Assembly (NCBI GenBank): GCA_963740085.1
Contig: CAVUCU010000001.1
Coordinates: forward strand, 256,001 to 320,000
Reading direction: 5' to 3'
Source of the DNA: Nitrospirota bacterium
GTDB taxonomy: Bacteria > Nitrospirota > UBA9217
DNA length: 64,000 nucleotides
Shown here one piece after another: positions 50,215 through 58,740 of this stretch. The stretch's first letter is position 1. Each line of letters opens with the position of its first letter. Below the pieces are notes generated by a model. That model was given only the letters and a program-made list of their open reading frames with translations, was not told where the DNA came from and ran no database searches. Made by a program: the position numbers and the translations under genes.

Positions 50215-50910
50215 ATGATCACAAAAAAAATACTTATCGTCGATGACGAGCCGGACATTGTGGAACTCATCTCTTACAATCTGAAAAAAGAGGGATTTCA
50301 CCTCTCTGCGGCCATGGACGGCGAGGATGCGCTCAAGAAGGTGCGTACGGACCATTTCGACCTCATCATCCTTGACCTCATGCTGCCGGGCATCCATGGC
50401 ATGGAACTTTGCCGCATCCTGAGAAATAACCCGAAGACCGCGCACATTCCCATCATCATGCTGACCGCCAGGGGAGAGGAGTCAGACAAGGTCCACGGCC
50501 TCGAGACCGGCGCCGACGATTACATGACAAAACCGTTCAGTCCAAAGGAGCTCATCGCGCGCGTGAAGGCGATCCTTCGGCGGTCGAAAGAACGGACAGC
50601 GGAGGATCGAACGATCCGGCTCGGCGAGCTGACCATCAATACCGGGACCTTCTCCGTCTCCAAAGGCGGCGCTCCGCTCAACCTGAGCGCAACGGAATTC
50701 AGGCTCCTTCTCTATCTCGTGCAGCGAAGGGGACGGGTCTTCAGCCGCGACCAGCTCCTTGATGCGGTCTGGAAAGAAGAGACCTTCGTCGAATCCCGGA
50801 CCGTTGACGTGCACATCAGGCGTCTCCGCACGCAGATCGAAGACGATCCGTCCAATCCCCGCTATCTCAAGACACGGCGGGGGGTCGGCTATTACGTGGA
50901 GTCCGCATGA
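50215..50910 (+). CDS. phoB: OmpR-family phosphate response regulator
   Basis: LDLMLPG, MLTARGEE, GADDYMTKPFS, RTVDVHIRRLR; adjacent to phoR and near pst genes. Confidence 0.88.
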   Translation: MITKKILIVDDEPDIVELISYNLKKEGFHLSAAMDGEDALKKVRTDHFDLIILDLMLPGIHGMELCRILRNNPKTAHIPIIMLTARGEESDKVHGLETGADDYMTKPFSPKELIARVKAILRRSKERTAEDRTIRLGELTINTGTFSVSKGGAPLNLSATEFRLLLYLVQRRGRVFSRDQLLDAVWKEETFVESRTVDVHIRRLRTQIEDDPSNPRYLKTRRGVGYYVESA

Positions 50911-52643
50911 ACCGCGGGGTCTTTAAGCGAATATTTATCCTCTATGCCGTCCTTATTCTCCTGGCGTTCCTCTTCGTTGAGCTCTCCATCACCAGCGCGA
51001 TCCGGGAACGTTACCTTGCCGGCCTGAAGCGGAACCTTTCCGTTCAGGCATCCCTGATCGCTGACAGCATAACGTTCGACAGCCGCAGCCTCGACGATCT
51101 GTGCAGAAAATTGAAAGAGAAGACGGGCGCGCGCATCACGGTCATTGCGCTTGATGGCCGGGTCATCGGAGATTCTGACAGCGATTCATCGATCATGGAG
51201 AACCATGCCCACCGGCCTGAGATCCAGCAGGCGGCGCTGAACGGCACCGGGTCTTTCATTCGTACCAGCGACACGCTGAAGCATGATTTTCTGTACGTTG
51301 CCCGCCGGGTGACCTCCGGTGAGATGCCGACCGGTTATATCCGGCTGAGCGTCCCGCTTCTGGATATCGATCATGCCGTGAATGCGGCCCGGCTGAACAT
51401 CCTCTTCATCGTTGGTTTCGTCCTTGCGGGCACGGGGCTGTTCTCGCTCTGGCAATTTGAATACCTGCGGAGACTTACCCGGGAGATCAATGACTTTGCC
51501 AGATCGCTCGTTCCACGTGGCATGGGAACTAAATTATTCTTAAAGGACGCCGGAGAATTCAGCGACATCGCCGACAGCTTGAACACCATGTCGGCGGAAT
51601 TGAAGACGGTCATCGGGGAACACGAAGAAGAGCGGAAAAGGCTCAACGAGATCCTGAGGAGCATCCCCGATGCGCTGATCATCACGGACAGCAACGGGGT
51701 CGTCCTCCTGTCGAGCGCCGCAACAAGGACTTTCTTCGGCGATACACCCCTCCTGGGCAGGCCGTTCATCCAGGTGGTCCGGAACAGCGAATTTTTTTCG
51801 CTCCTGGATGATGTCCGAACCAGCAGAAAACCGGGTGTCTCCGAGTTCAAGATCGAATACCCTGTTGAACGATATTGCATCGTCCGGATATCCCCGCTCT
51901 TTCACGGCAGGGATGAACTGACTGGCTTTGTCGCCATTTTTCATGACATCACCGAGCTTAAAAAAATAGAACAGGTCAGAAAAGATTTTGTCGCGAATGC
52001 CTCCCATGAGATCAAGACGCCGATCACCGCCATCAAAGGTTTTGCGGACACGCTCCTGGAAGGAGCTCTGGATGACAAGGAACATGCCGTTAAATTCCTC
52101 AAAGCAATTCAGTCCAACAGCGAACGGATCAACAGCCTCGTCGATGACCTCATGATCATCTCTAAAATTGAGATGGGAGTCGTTAAGATCGAGAAAAAGT
52201 CTGTCTCGTTTGTCGATATTGCGGAAGCGGTGCAGGCTATCCTCAGGGAAAGGGCAGAGGCAAAGGACCTTACCCTCGCCATCTCCATCGGTCCGGATAT
52301 GAATGAGATCGTTGCCGACCGCGACCGTCTTACGCAGATACTGACGAACCTTGTCGAGAACGGCATAAAGTTTACCGATCAGGGCGGCGTAACGTTCGGG
52401 ATGGATAAGGAGAACGGTAAAGCGGTCATCTTTGTTGAAGATACGGGCGTCGGAATTCCCAAACAGCACCTCTCACGGATCGGTGAACGGTTCTACCGGG
52501 TTGATCCCAGTCGTTCAAGGCAAATGGGCGGGACCGGACTCGGCCTCGCCATCGTGAAGCATCTGGTGAAGGCGCATGGATGGGACATGCAGATAGACAG
52601 TACGCCGGGAAAAGGGACGAGGGTAAGGATTATTGTGGCGTAA
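50907..52643 (+). CDS. phoR: Phosphate sensor kinase (Cache-HAMP-PAS-HisKA-HATPase)
   Basis: ENHAHRPEI, RKDFVANASHEIKTP, RFYRVD.SRSR..GGTGLGLAIVKH. Confidence 0.9.
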   Translation: MNRGVFKRIFILYAVLILLAFLFVELSITSAIRERYLAGLKRNLSVQASLIADSITFDSRSLDDLCRKLKEKTGARITVIALDGRVIGDSDSDSSIMENHAHRPEIQQAALNGTGSFIRTSDTLKHDFLYVARRVTSGEMPTGYIRLSVPLLDIDHAVNAARLNILFIVGFVLAGTGLFSLWQFEYLRRLTREINDFARSLVPRGMGTKLFLKDAGEFSDIADSLNTMSAELKTVIGEHEEERKRLNEILRSIPDALIITDSNGVVLLSSAATRTFFGDTPLLGRPFIQVVRNSEFFSLLDDVRTSRKPGVSEFKIEYPVERYCIVRISPLFHGRDELTGFVAIFHDITELKKIEQVRKDFVANASHEIKTPITAIKGFADTLLEGALDDKEHAVKFLKAIQSNSERINSLVDDLMIISKIEMGVVKIEKKSVSFVDIAEAVQAILRERAEAKDLTLAISIGPDMNEIVADRDRLTQILTNLVENGIKFTDQGGVTFGMDKENGKAVIFVEDTGVGIPKQHLSRIGERFYRVDPSRSRQMGGTGLGLAIVKHLVKAHGWDMQIDSTPGKGTRVRIIVA

Positions 52644-52786
52644 ATATTGATGGTTTCTTTAAGAAATCTGGTTTAACCGCAGAGCCGCGGAGGCCGCAGA
52701 GGTAACCAATCAAATTATTAAGGTTTTATTCTCCGCGTCCCAGCGTCTCTGCGGCAGATAATTATTTTTACGATTGCATCAATATT
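52643..52786. repeat. Nested palindromes: outer AATATTGATG/CATCAATATT enclosing an empty GxxExxY-type element (52675-52755)
   Basis: Inner AACCGCAGAGCCGCGGAGGCCGCAGAG ... CTCCGCGTCCCAGCGTCTCTGCGG; lies between convergent genes. Confidence 0.7.
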
Positions 52787-52795
52787 GAGTTTGCA

Positions 52796-53365
52796 TCAGA
52801 TCCACTTCACCCTCGGTTCTTTCTTCGGCGGCCGGGCGGACTCCGCCTTTGGATAACCGAGGAGGATGGGGCCGAAGATCGCCTCGTCCTCTTTTAATTC
52901 AAGGAGCCTTCTCACTTCCGGGTCTTCGGTCACCATCGCGCCGAAGCCGACCCAGCAGCTCCCCAGTCCCAGCGATTGCGCGGCGAGCATCATATTCTCG
53001 CAGGCCAGCGGACAGGAATGAGCGGCATAGCGCCCGTTGCCGATGACGAAAACGATCGTCGGCGCGGAGTAATAAACAGGGTCAGGCAGCTCGGCATACC
53101 GTTTTTTGATCGCTTCATACCGTTCCGGATCGATATCCTTCACCAGATCGGTTATCTTTTTTGCCTGCGGCAATGCGGCGCCAAGGAGCTTTTTTTTCGC
53201 TGCCTCGTCTTCTACCACGACGAACCTCCAGGGCTGGCTGTTCATCGCGGACGGCGCCTCGTTCCCCGCGTCCAGTATCGTATTCAACGCGTCCCTCGGG
53301 ATGGATTTCGCCTCATAGGCCCTTACAGCGCGTCTTTTTCTTATTGCTTCAATAACTGCATTCAC
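52796..53365 (-). CDS. Nitroreductase family protein
   Basis: RRAVRAY, APSAMNSQPWRF, NMMLAAQSLGLGSCW. Confidence 0.92.
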   Translation of the reverse strand: MNAVIEAIRKRRAVRAYEAKSIPRDALNTILDAGNEAPSAMNSQPWRFVVVEDEAAKKKLLGAALPQAKKITDLVKDIDPERYEAIKKRYAELPDPVYYSAPTIVFVIGNGRYAAHSCPLACENMMLAAQSLGLGSCWVGFGAMVTEDPEVRRLLELKEDEAIFGPILLGYPKAESARPPKKEPRVKWI

Positions 53366-53402
53366 AGTAACTCCTCCCGGCGATTATTATATTTTCAAGA
53401 TT

Positions 53403-53499
53403 TACCACAGAGCACACAGAGAAGGAGTTGAATATATCCTCAGTGCCCTCTGCCTGCGCCCAGCGTTTACGAGTGGAACCGCGAGTGCGGGGTGTGGTT
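53403..53499. repeat. Empty GxxExxY-type element with an interrupted right arm
   Basis: TACCACAGAGCACACAGAG ... CTCAGTGCCCTCTG[42 nt]TGGTT. Confidence 0.6.
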
Positions 53500-53520
53500 T
53501 CATTTCTTCTTTGCCCACCC

Positions 53521-54177
53521 CTACTGTTTCTTGAACATCACATCCGCAAAATAGCCCTCACCCGAGGTCCCGGTATGCTGTGAGTTTGACTGGAGCCTGA
53601 TCCCGCTCACGGGCGGAGGCTCTGAACCGTACATCTTCTTGTAATCATCATAAACGTTCCTTGCTTCAGTGATCCATTTCCCCAATTCAGCCGGACCCGA
53701 TCGCAGCACCACGACCTTGACCGTCATAAAAGGGACCGGAGACGTATCTTCCATGAGCCCCGCAGGCGCCGTCGTATCCCAGATGTACACGATGGCCTTG
53801 GTCTTGGTGAACGCGACAAAGAGCTGGGCCGCCTGATCATCCGTTTTCGACTTCCTGAAGTCGCCGCCCACGGGCAGTTTGGTTACTTTCCATTTCCACG
53901 TGAGCCAGGGAAATTGTTTGAGGTCCACCTTCACCTCTTTTTGAAGCGAAAAGGACGAGTCGACGCTCCGGAACCTGCCCGCGGCGATGTTTCCGTCCTT
54001 GACCACGGCGAAGTCCGCCTTGCCGGATTTTTCCTTGAGCTGCCACCCCGCGGGGACCCCCGGTACGCCGACAGCGGATGAGAAGTCCGCGATTACGATC
54101 CGGTCTTCGGCCCGTACCATTGGGGCAAAGATGAGCATGAAAAACAAGGCACTGTTGAACATTATGGTAAAAGACAT
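53521..54177 (-). CDS. DUF3047 family exported protein
   Basis: AGGAGG RBS; P.LTWKWKV, DD.AAQLFVAF, IVYIW, W..EARNV..DY. Confidence 0.8.
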   Translation of the reverse strand: MSFTIMFNSALFFMLIFAPMVRAEDRIVIADFSSAVGVPGVPAGWQLKEKSGKADFAVVKDGNIAAGRFRSVDSSFSLQKEVKVDLKQFPWLTWKWKVTKLPVGGDFRKSKTDDQAAQLFVAFTKTKAIVYIWDTTAPAGLMEDTSPVPFMTVKVVVLRSGPAELGKWITEARNVYDDYKKMYGSEPPPVSGIRLQSNSQHTGTSGEGYFADVMFKKQ

Positions 54178-54287
54178 TGCACACCTCCTAAAAATATGGT
54201 TAGGGAATGATTCAATTACAGTTTTTAAAAACAAATCCATGACGACCTTATTGAAATCCCCCGGTAAATCATCCTGCTCTTTAATAT

Positions 54288-54331
54288 TGTAACAGAATTT
54301 TATTATCTCTGTAATGTTCCTGTAACAATTT
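54288..54331 (+). promoter_or_regulatory. Pho-box-like 11-bp-period direct repeats
   Basis: TGTAAC 54288, TGTAAT 54310, TGTAAC 54321. Confidence 0.65.
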
Positions 54332-54365
54332 TTAGATACTCTTCCAACAAACAAAGGAGGTGCAT

Positions 54366-54620
54366 ATGCAGACATCGCAGTCGATCAGTGAAATAAATCA
54401 AAAATCCGCCGGTGTTCATGAATCAACCTGTCCCTTCGAATCGGAATCAGGTCATTTTTGTCACGCAGCGGTCATGACCGTTGTCATGAGCAGCCATCAA
54501 AAGAAGAGCTATTGCTGGACGGACAATTACTCAAGCTGTCCAATATTCCTTGCGAAGATATTGCGCGGCAGAAAGCAGGGAGCTTTCATGGAACTGAGGA
54601 GGAGGAATATATATGCCTGA
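54366..54620 (+). CDS. Small Cys-rich protein (CPF...C...C...CPIF)
   Basis: AAGGAGG RBS; four Cys. Confidence 0.65.
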   Translation: MQTSQSISEINQKSAGVHESTCPFESESGHFCHAAVMTVVMSSHQKKSYCWTDNYSSCPIFLAKILRGRKQGAFMELRRRNIYA

Positions 54621-54723
54621 ACAATCGATAAACAATCTTGACCTGCGTCTCGATGAAAATGAATCCGCTCTGCTTGCCAGCGCTGTTGAATGGCTCGTGA
54701 CACGAGCTTGGATTCCCCCCTGA
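54613..54723 (+). CDS. 36-aa small protein (absent from ORF track)
   Basis: GGAGGAGG RBS; MPEQSINNLDLRLDENESALLASAVEWLVTRAWIPP*. Confidence 0.45.
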   Translation: MPEQSINNLDLRLDENESALLASAVEWLVTRAWIPP

Positions 54724-54830
54724 CGATGTCAATCGCTCTTACCGGGACAGTTTTGCGTTTTTTTTAAAGAACCCGGGACAATAAAGGCATTCTTTGACGT
54801 GACGAGAATGCGGAGAAAAAGCCTGCTTAA

Positions 54831-55256
54831 GTGAAATACTTTACCAGGATCGTTGACACTATTATAAAATTCATGATCCCGCTCGTGATCCTCGCACTTT
54901 TGATGGGTATCGCGCGGGTCATCATAGACCTGCGCGCGGTATTCGGGAGCCAGACCATAGCGGCGGCCTTTGACATGATGGTGACCAATATCCTCTCGAT
55001 GTTCATCGTCATCGAACTGCTCCGGAGTGTCATCGAATACTTTGCCGTGCATCGTCTCAAGATAACGTTCATTACCGATGCCGCCCTGGTCTTCGTGCTG
55101 CGCGAAATCATGATCGGGCTCTATGAGCACAATCTTAAGCCCGGCATGATCATATCGCTTTCGGTCCTGATTTTCGTGATCGGCGGCCTGAGGACGCTGG
55201 CGGTCATTTATTCACCGGAAAAGTACCTGGAAAAAGGGGAGGCGCACTATGGATAA
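54831..55256 (+). CDS. psiE: Phosphate-starvation-inducible PsiE family membrane protein
   Basis: FIVIELLRS..EY, ITDAALVFVLREIMI. Confidence 0.8.
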   Translation: MKYFTRIVDTIIKFMIPLVILALLMGIARVIIDLRAVFGSQTIAAAFDMMVTNILSMFIVIELLRSVIEYFAVHRLKITFITDAALVFVLREIMIGLYEHNLKPGMIISLSVLIFVIGGLRTLAVIYSPEKYLEKGEAHYG

Positions 55257-55353
55257 CAGTATGAAAAAGAATGACCTGACAAAGTTCGAAGAGATTCTCC
55301 TGGTCGTTGTGGCGATGGCGGGTTTACTTGTTATGGTGGTCTATTGGAAATAG
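55249..55353 (+). CDS. 34-aa single-TM small protein (absent from ORF track)
   Basis: GGGGAGG RBS; MDNSMKKNDLTKFEEILLVVVAMAGLLVMVVYWK*; overlaps the psiE stop. Confidence 0.5.
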   Translation: MDNSMKKNDLTKFEEILLVVVAMAGLLVMVVYWK

Positions 55354-55367
55354 TGAAAGGAAAAACC

Positions 55368-56651
55368 GTGCCTATCGTAAAGGAACTGTGGAAGAAAAAG
55401 TTCTTTCCGCCCGATTTCCAGTGGGGCGTGGCGACCTCTGCCTTTCAATTGGAAGGCTCTCCTAATGCGGACTGGACGGCCTGGGACCCTCTCCTGTGCA
55501 AGAACCCGGATATCACGGACCACTACAGGCTTTTCAGGGAGGACCTCAAGCTGCTTAAAGAACTGGGCGTAAATGCCTACCGATTTTCCCTTGAATGGAG
55601 CCGGATCCAGCCACGCATGGACACCTGGGACCATGAGGCCATCGCGCACTATCAGGAGATCATCGACATCCTCCGAAGCTACAACATCGAGCCGATGGTC
55701 ACCCTTCACCATTTCACGCATCCTCGCTGGTTCATGGAGCGCCGGCCCTGGCATCGGTCCGAGTCGATCGAGCAGTTTCTCCGATTTACGGAAATGATGG
55801 TCTCCACCCTGAAGGGCATCCGCTACTGGATAACGTTCAATGAACCCTATGTCATCCTGCTCGGCGGCTATCTGGAAGGCTGCACCCCGCCCGGCCTGAA
55901 AGATCCCCCCCGCTCGCTCGTTGCCCTGAAAAACATCTTCACCTGTCACGGCAAAGCCTACGACATCATCCACCGGTATGTTCCCGACGCGCAGGTCAGC
56001 ATTGCGCATAATATGTCCGTCTTCGCTCCCTGGAAGAGATGGAACCCCCTCGATCGTCTCCTGAAAAAGACCGCCAATTATTTCTATAATCATTCGATCA
56101 TCAATGCGTTCCGGACCGGGGTCTTTATCATCAAGTTCCCCTTTTCGCGGCCGGTCGAGATCGAAGTTCCCATCAAGGATAAGATCGACTTCTTCGGCGT
56201 GAATTACTACACCCGGATCCACCTCCGCTTCAATCCCTTCAAAAAGATGGGTGTGGAACTCCGGCACCTGGACATCGACGGACACGGCCTTACCAATATC
56301 GGGTGGGAAGTTCACCCGCGAGGCCTTGCCAAGGTCCTCCGCTATGCGTCACGGCTCAACCTACCGCTCATCATCACCGAGAACGGAATAGCGACCCATG
56401 ACACGGAAATGAAGGTCAAGTATATGAAGCAGCACGTGGATGTCATAGAACGGTGCCTGAAAGAAGGACTTGATGTCCGGGGATATTTCTACTGGACCCT
56501 CATCGACAACTACGAATGGCTCCAGGGGCTCGATGCCCGGTTCGGCCTCTACCATGTGGATTTCGATACCCTCGAGCGCACCCAGACCCATGCGGCGACC
56601 TACTATACCTACCTGATTCAAAGTCGCTCCGAAATACGGCGCGCACTGTAA
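55368..56651 (+). CDS. Glycoside hydrolase family 1 (beta-glucosidase-like)
   Basis: FQWGVATSAFQLEG, YRFSLEWSRI, TFNEP acid/base, ITENG nucleophile, DNYEW. Confidence 0.93.
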   Translation: MPIVKELWKKKFFPPDFQWGVATSAFQLEGSPNADWTAWDPLLCKNPDITDHYRLFREDLKLLKELGVNAYRFSLEWSRIQPRMDTWDHEAIAHYQEIIDILRSYNIEPMVTLHHFTHPRWFMERRPWHRSESIEQFLRFTEMMVSTLKGIRYWITFNEPYVILLGGYLEGCTPPGLKDPPRSLVALKNIFTCHGKAYDIIHRYVPDAQVSIAHNMSVFAPWKRWNPLDRLLKKTANYFYNHSIINAFRTGVFIIKFPFSRPVEIEVPIKDKIDFFGVNYYTRIHLRFNPFKKMGVELRHLDIDGHGLTNIGWEVHPRGLAKVLRYASRLNLPLIITENGIATHDTEMKVKYMKQHVDVIERCLKEGLDVRGYFYWTLIDNYEWLQGLDARFGLYHVDFDTLERTQTHAATYYTYLIQSRSEIRRAL

Positions 56652-56701
56652 CACAAACTTAATATTCCCGTAATACTCCCGTAACGGTCGACCTGTATGA
56701 T
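56647..56701 (+). promoter_or_regulatory. Pho-box array plus -10 element
   Basis: TGTAAC/CTTAAT/CGTAAT/CGTAAC at 56647/56658/56669/56680; TATGAT lies 10 nt after the last hexamer. Confidence 0.65.
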
Positions 56702-56708
56702 TTCCTTA

Positions 56709-57401
56709 ATGATGCTGTGTGACTTCCATATTCACACCACCTTTTCGGACGGTTCACTGGAAATGAGAAAGACCATTGACCTTTTTGGCCAGGCCGGCTT
56801 CGATGTCATTGCCATTACGGACCACGTCGTGAACGGCGACAACGTGATGGGTAAATTCGCGCGACAATTCAACTTGTCTATCCGTGGAGACAATTTTGAT
56901 GAATATCTTTCCACTCTGCGTAAGGAGGCGGAACGGGCGTGGAACAAATACGGCATGCTCGTGGTCCCCGGCGTGGAAATAAGTAAGAACTACATTTCCA
57001 ATGAGAGATCGGCCCACCTCCTTCTTCTTGATATCAAGGAGTTCATTCCGGCCTGCTTGACCTATGAAGAGATCTTCCTCGAAGCGCGGCGGCAGGATAC
57101 GGTGACCGTTGCCTGCCACCCTCATAACACGCCGGATGTCATGAATAAGGACACCCTCTTTCTCTGGAGGAACCGGGATAAGTACGCAAAGTACATCGAT
57201 GCCTGGGAGATCGCGAACCGGGATGACGTTTTTAATGTGATCAGCCTTAAAAAATATCCTTACATCGCCAACAGCGATTTTCACAAGGCGCGCCACCTCT
57301 ACTCGTGGAAAACCCTGCTGAACTGCGAAAAAAACGTTGAATCCGTGAAGAACTGCATTCGGCACAATAAAGGCGTGGCGATCACGCTTTTTAGGAATTG
57401 A
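56709..57401 (+). CDS. PHP-domain metal-dependent phosphoesterase
   Basis: DFHIHTTFSDG, AITDH, GVE, CHPH, NSDFH. Confidence 0.9.
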   Translation: MMLCDFHIHTTFSDGSLEMRKTIDLFGQAGFDVIAITDHVVNGDNVMGKFARQFNLSIRGDNFDEYLSTLRKEAERAWNKYGMLVVPGVEISKNYISNERSAHLLLLDIKEFIPACLTYEEIFLEARRQDTVTVACHPHNTPDVMNKDTLFLWRNRDKYAKYIDAWEIANRDDVFNVISLKKYPYIANSDFHKARHLYSWKTLLNCEKNVESVKNCIRHNKGVAITLFRN

Positions 57402-57413
57402 AGGAGGAGCCAG

Positions 57414-58655
57414 ATGAACCTATTTCTCATATGCACTTTGGTCTCGATCGCGGGAACCATCCTCTACTTGCTTCAGGTTGGGGCAACGTGCTCCCTGGTG
57501 AAAAGGAACAGGGCCTCTGAGTGCCGGGTAACAACCGCCCCTGCGGGCCCCCCTCACCCCGTCTCGGTCCTGAAGCCCCTCCGGGGGCTTGACGACAACC
57601 TTTTCGACAACCTCGCGAGCTTCTGCACCCAGGACTATCCCTCCTACGAAATAATCATCGGCCTGCAGGATTTCAACGATCCGGCCTACAAAGTCGCAAA
57701 AAAGATACAGGACAAGTACCCGGACCGCAACATATCCATCGTGGTGGAAAAATGCAATGCCGGGCTCAACCCCAAGGTCAACAACCTCATACCTGCCTAT
57801 AGAAAAAGCCAGCATCCCTATATACTGATCAGCGACAGCAATGTGATGGTAGAAAAAAACTATCTTCAGGAGATCATGCGCCACACCAATGACCCGCAAG
57901 TCGGGCTGGTGAGCAACCTTATCCGCGGTATTGGCGGGCGCAGTATCGGGGCCGTACTCGAGAACCTTCACTTGAATTCGTTCATCATCGGCAGTGTCAG
58001 CTTCCTCGACCGGTTCCTGAAGATGCCTTGTGTCATCGGGAAGTCGATGCTCATGAAAAAGGACGACCTCGCGGCGCTGGGGGGACTTGAGGCCTTCAAA
58101 GACATCCTGGCAGAGGATTTTATCATCGGCCGCGAGATGAAGCGTGCCGGGAAGAAAGTCGTCCTGTCGAGCTATCTGATCAGCAACGTCAATGAGTACT
58201 GGAATATAAAACGCTTCCTGAACCGCCACACGCGATGGGGAAAGCTCAGATGGCAGATCGGCGGGGTCAGGTATTTCTCTGAGATTCTCGCCAATCCCTT
58301 TTTTGTCGCCACCCTTCCGGTATTGTTCAAGGGGCCATCGCGAGAAGCGCTTTCCTTTGCGGCCCTCGTTGGATTGATCAAGGTCCTGGGAGATTCCGTG
58401 ATGGGAAGAAGGATCACCTCATTGTCCGGGGAACAGGCCATTCGGACGCCTTCATCGCTTACCTACTTTTTATCTCCCCTCAAGGACCTTATAATCGGCA
58501 TTGTGTGGTTCGTGCCGCTCTTTAGTTCAACAATAGTCTGGCGCGGTAACCGGTATATCATTGGAAAAGATTCCCGGCTTTCACCTTGTTCGGAGGGCGG
58601 GGCCTGGTCATGGGGGTACCGGATCACGGAAAGCATAAGGGCACGTGTTGCTTGA
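57414..58655 (+). CDS. Ceramide glucosyltransferase-like GT21/GT2 (HpnI-like)
   Basis: SVLKPLRG, NPKVNNL, ISDSNV, GKSM, LAEDF, RHTRW. Confidence 0.88.
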   Translation: MNLFLICTLVSIAGTILYLLQVGATCSLVKRNRASECRVTTAPAGPPHPVSVLKPLRGLDDNLFDNLASFCTQDYPSYEIIIGLQDFNDPAYKVAKKIQDKYPDRNISIVVEKCNAGLNPKVNNLIPAYRKSQHPYILISDSNVMVEKNYLQEIMRHTNDPQVGLVSNLIRGIGGRSIGAVLENLHLNSFIIGSVSFLDRFLKMPCVIGKSMLMKKDDLAALGGLEAFKDILAEDFIIGREMKRAGKKVVLSSYLISNVNEYWNIKRFLNRHTRWGKLRWQIGGVRYFSEILANPFFVATLPVLFKGPSREALSFAALVGLIKVLGDSVMGRRITSLSGEQAIRTPSSLTYFLSPLKDLIIGIVWFVPLFSSTIVWRGNRYIIGKDSRLSPCSEGGAWSWGYRITESIRARVA

Positions 58656-58740
58656 CAGGGAAAAAGTACAAGGCATATATCTTTAAGTGCTGAGTTCAGA
58701 ATCCATTGCTACAGTCTCTGGAAAAAACAGGAGTGAAGAT

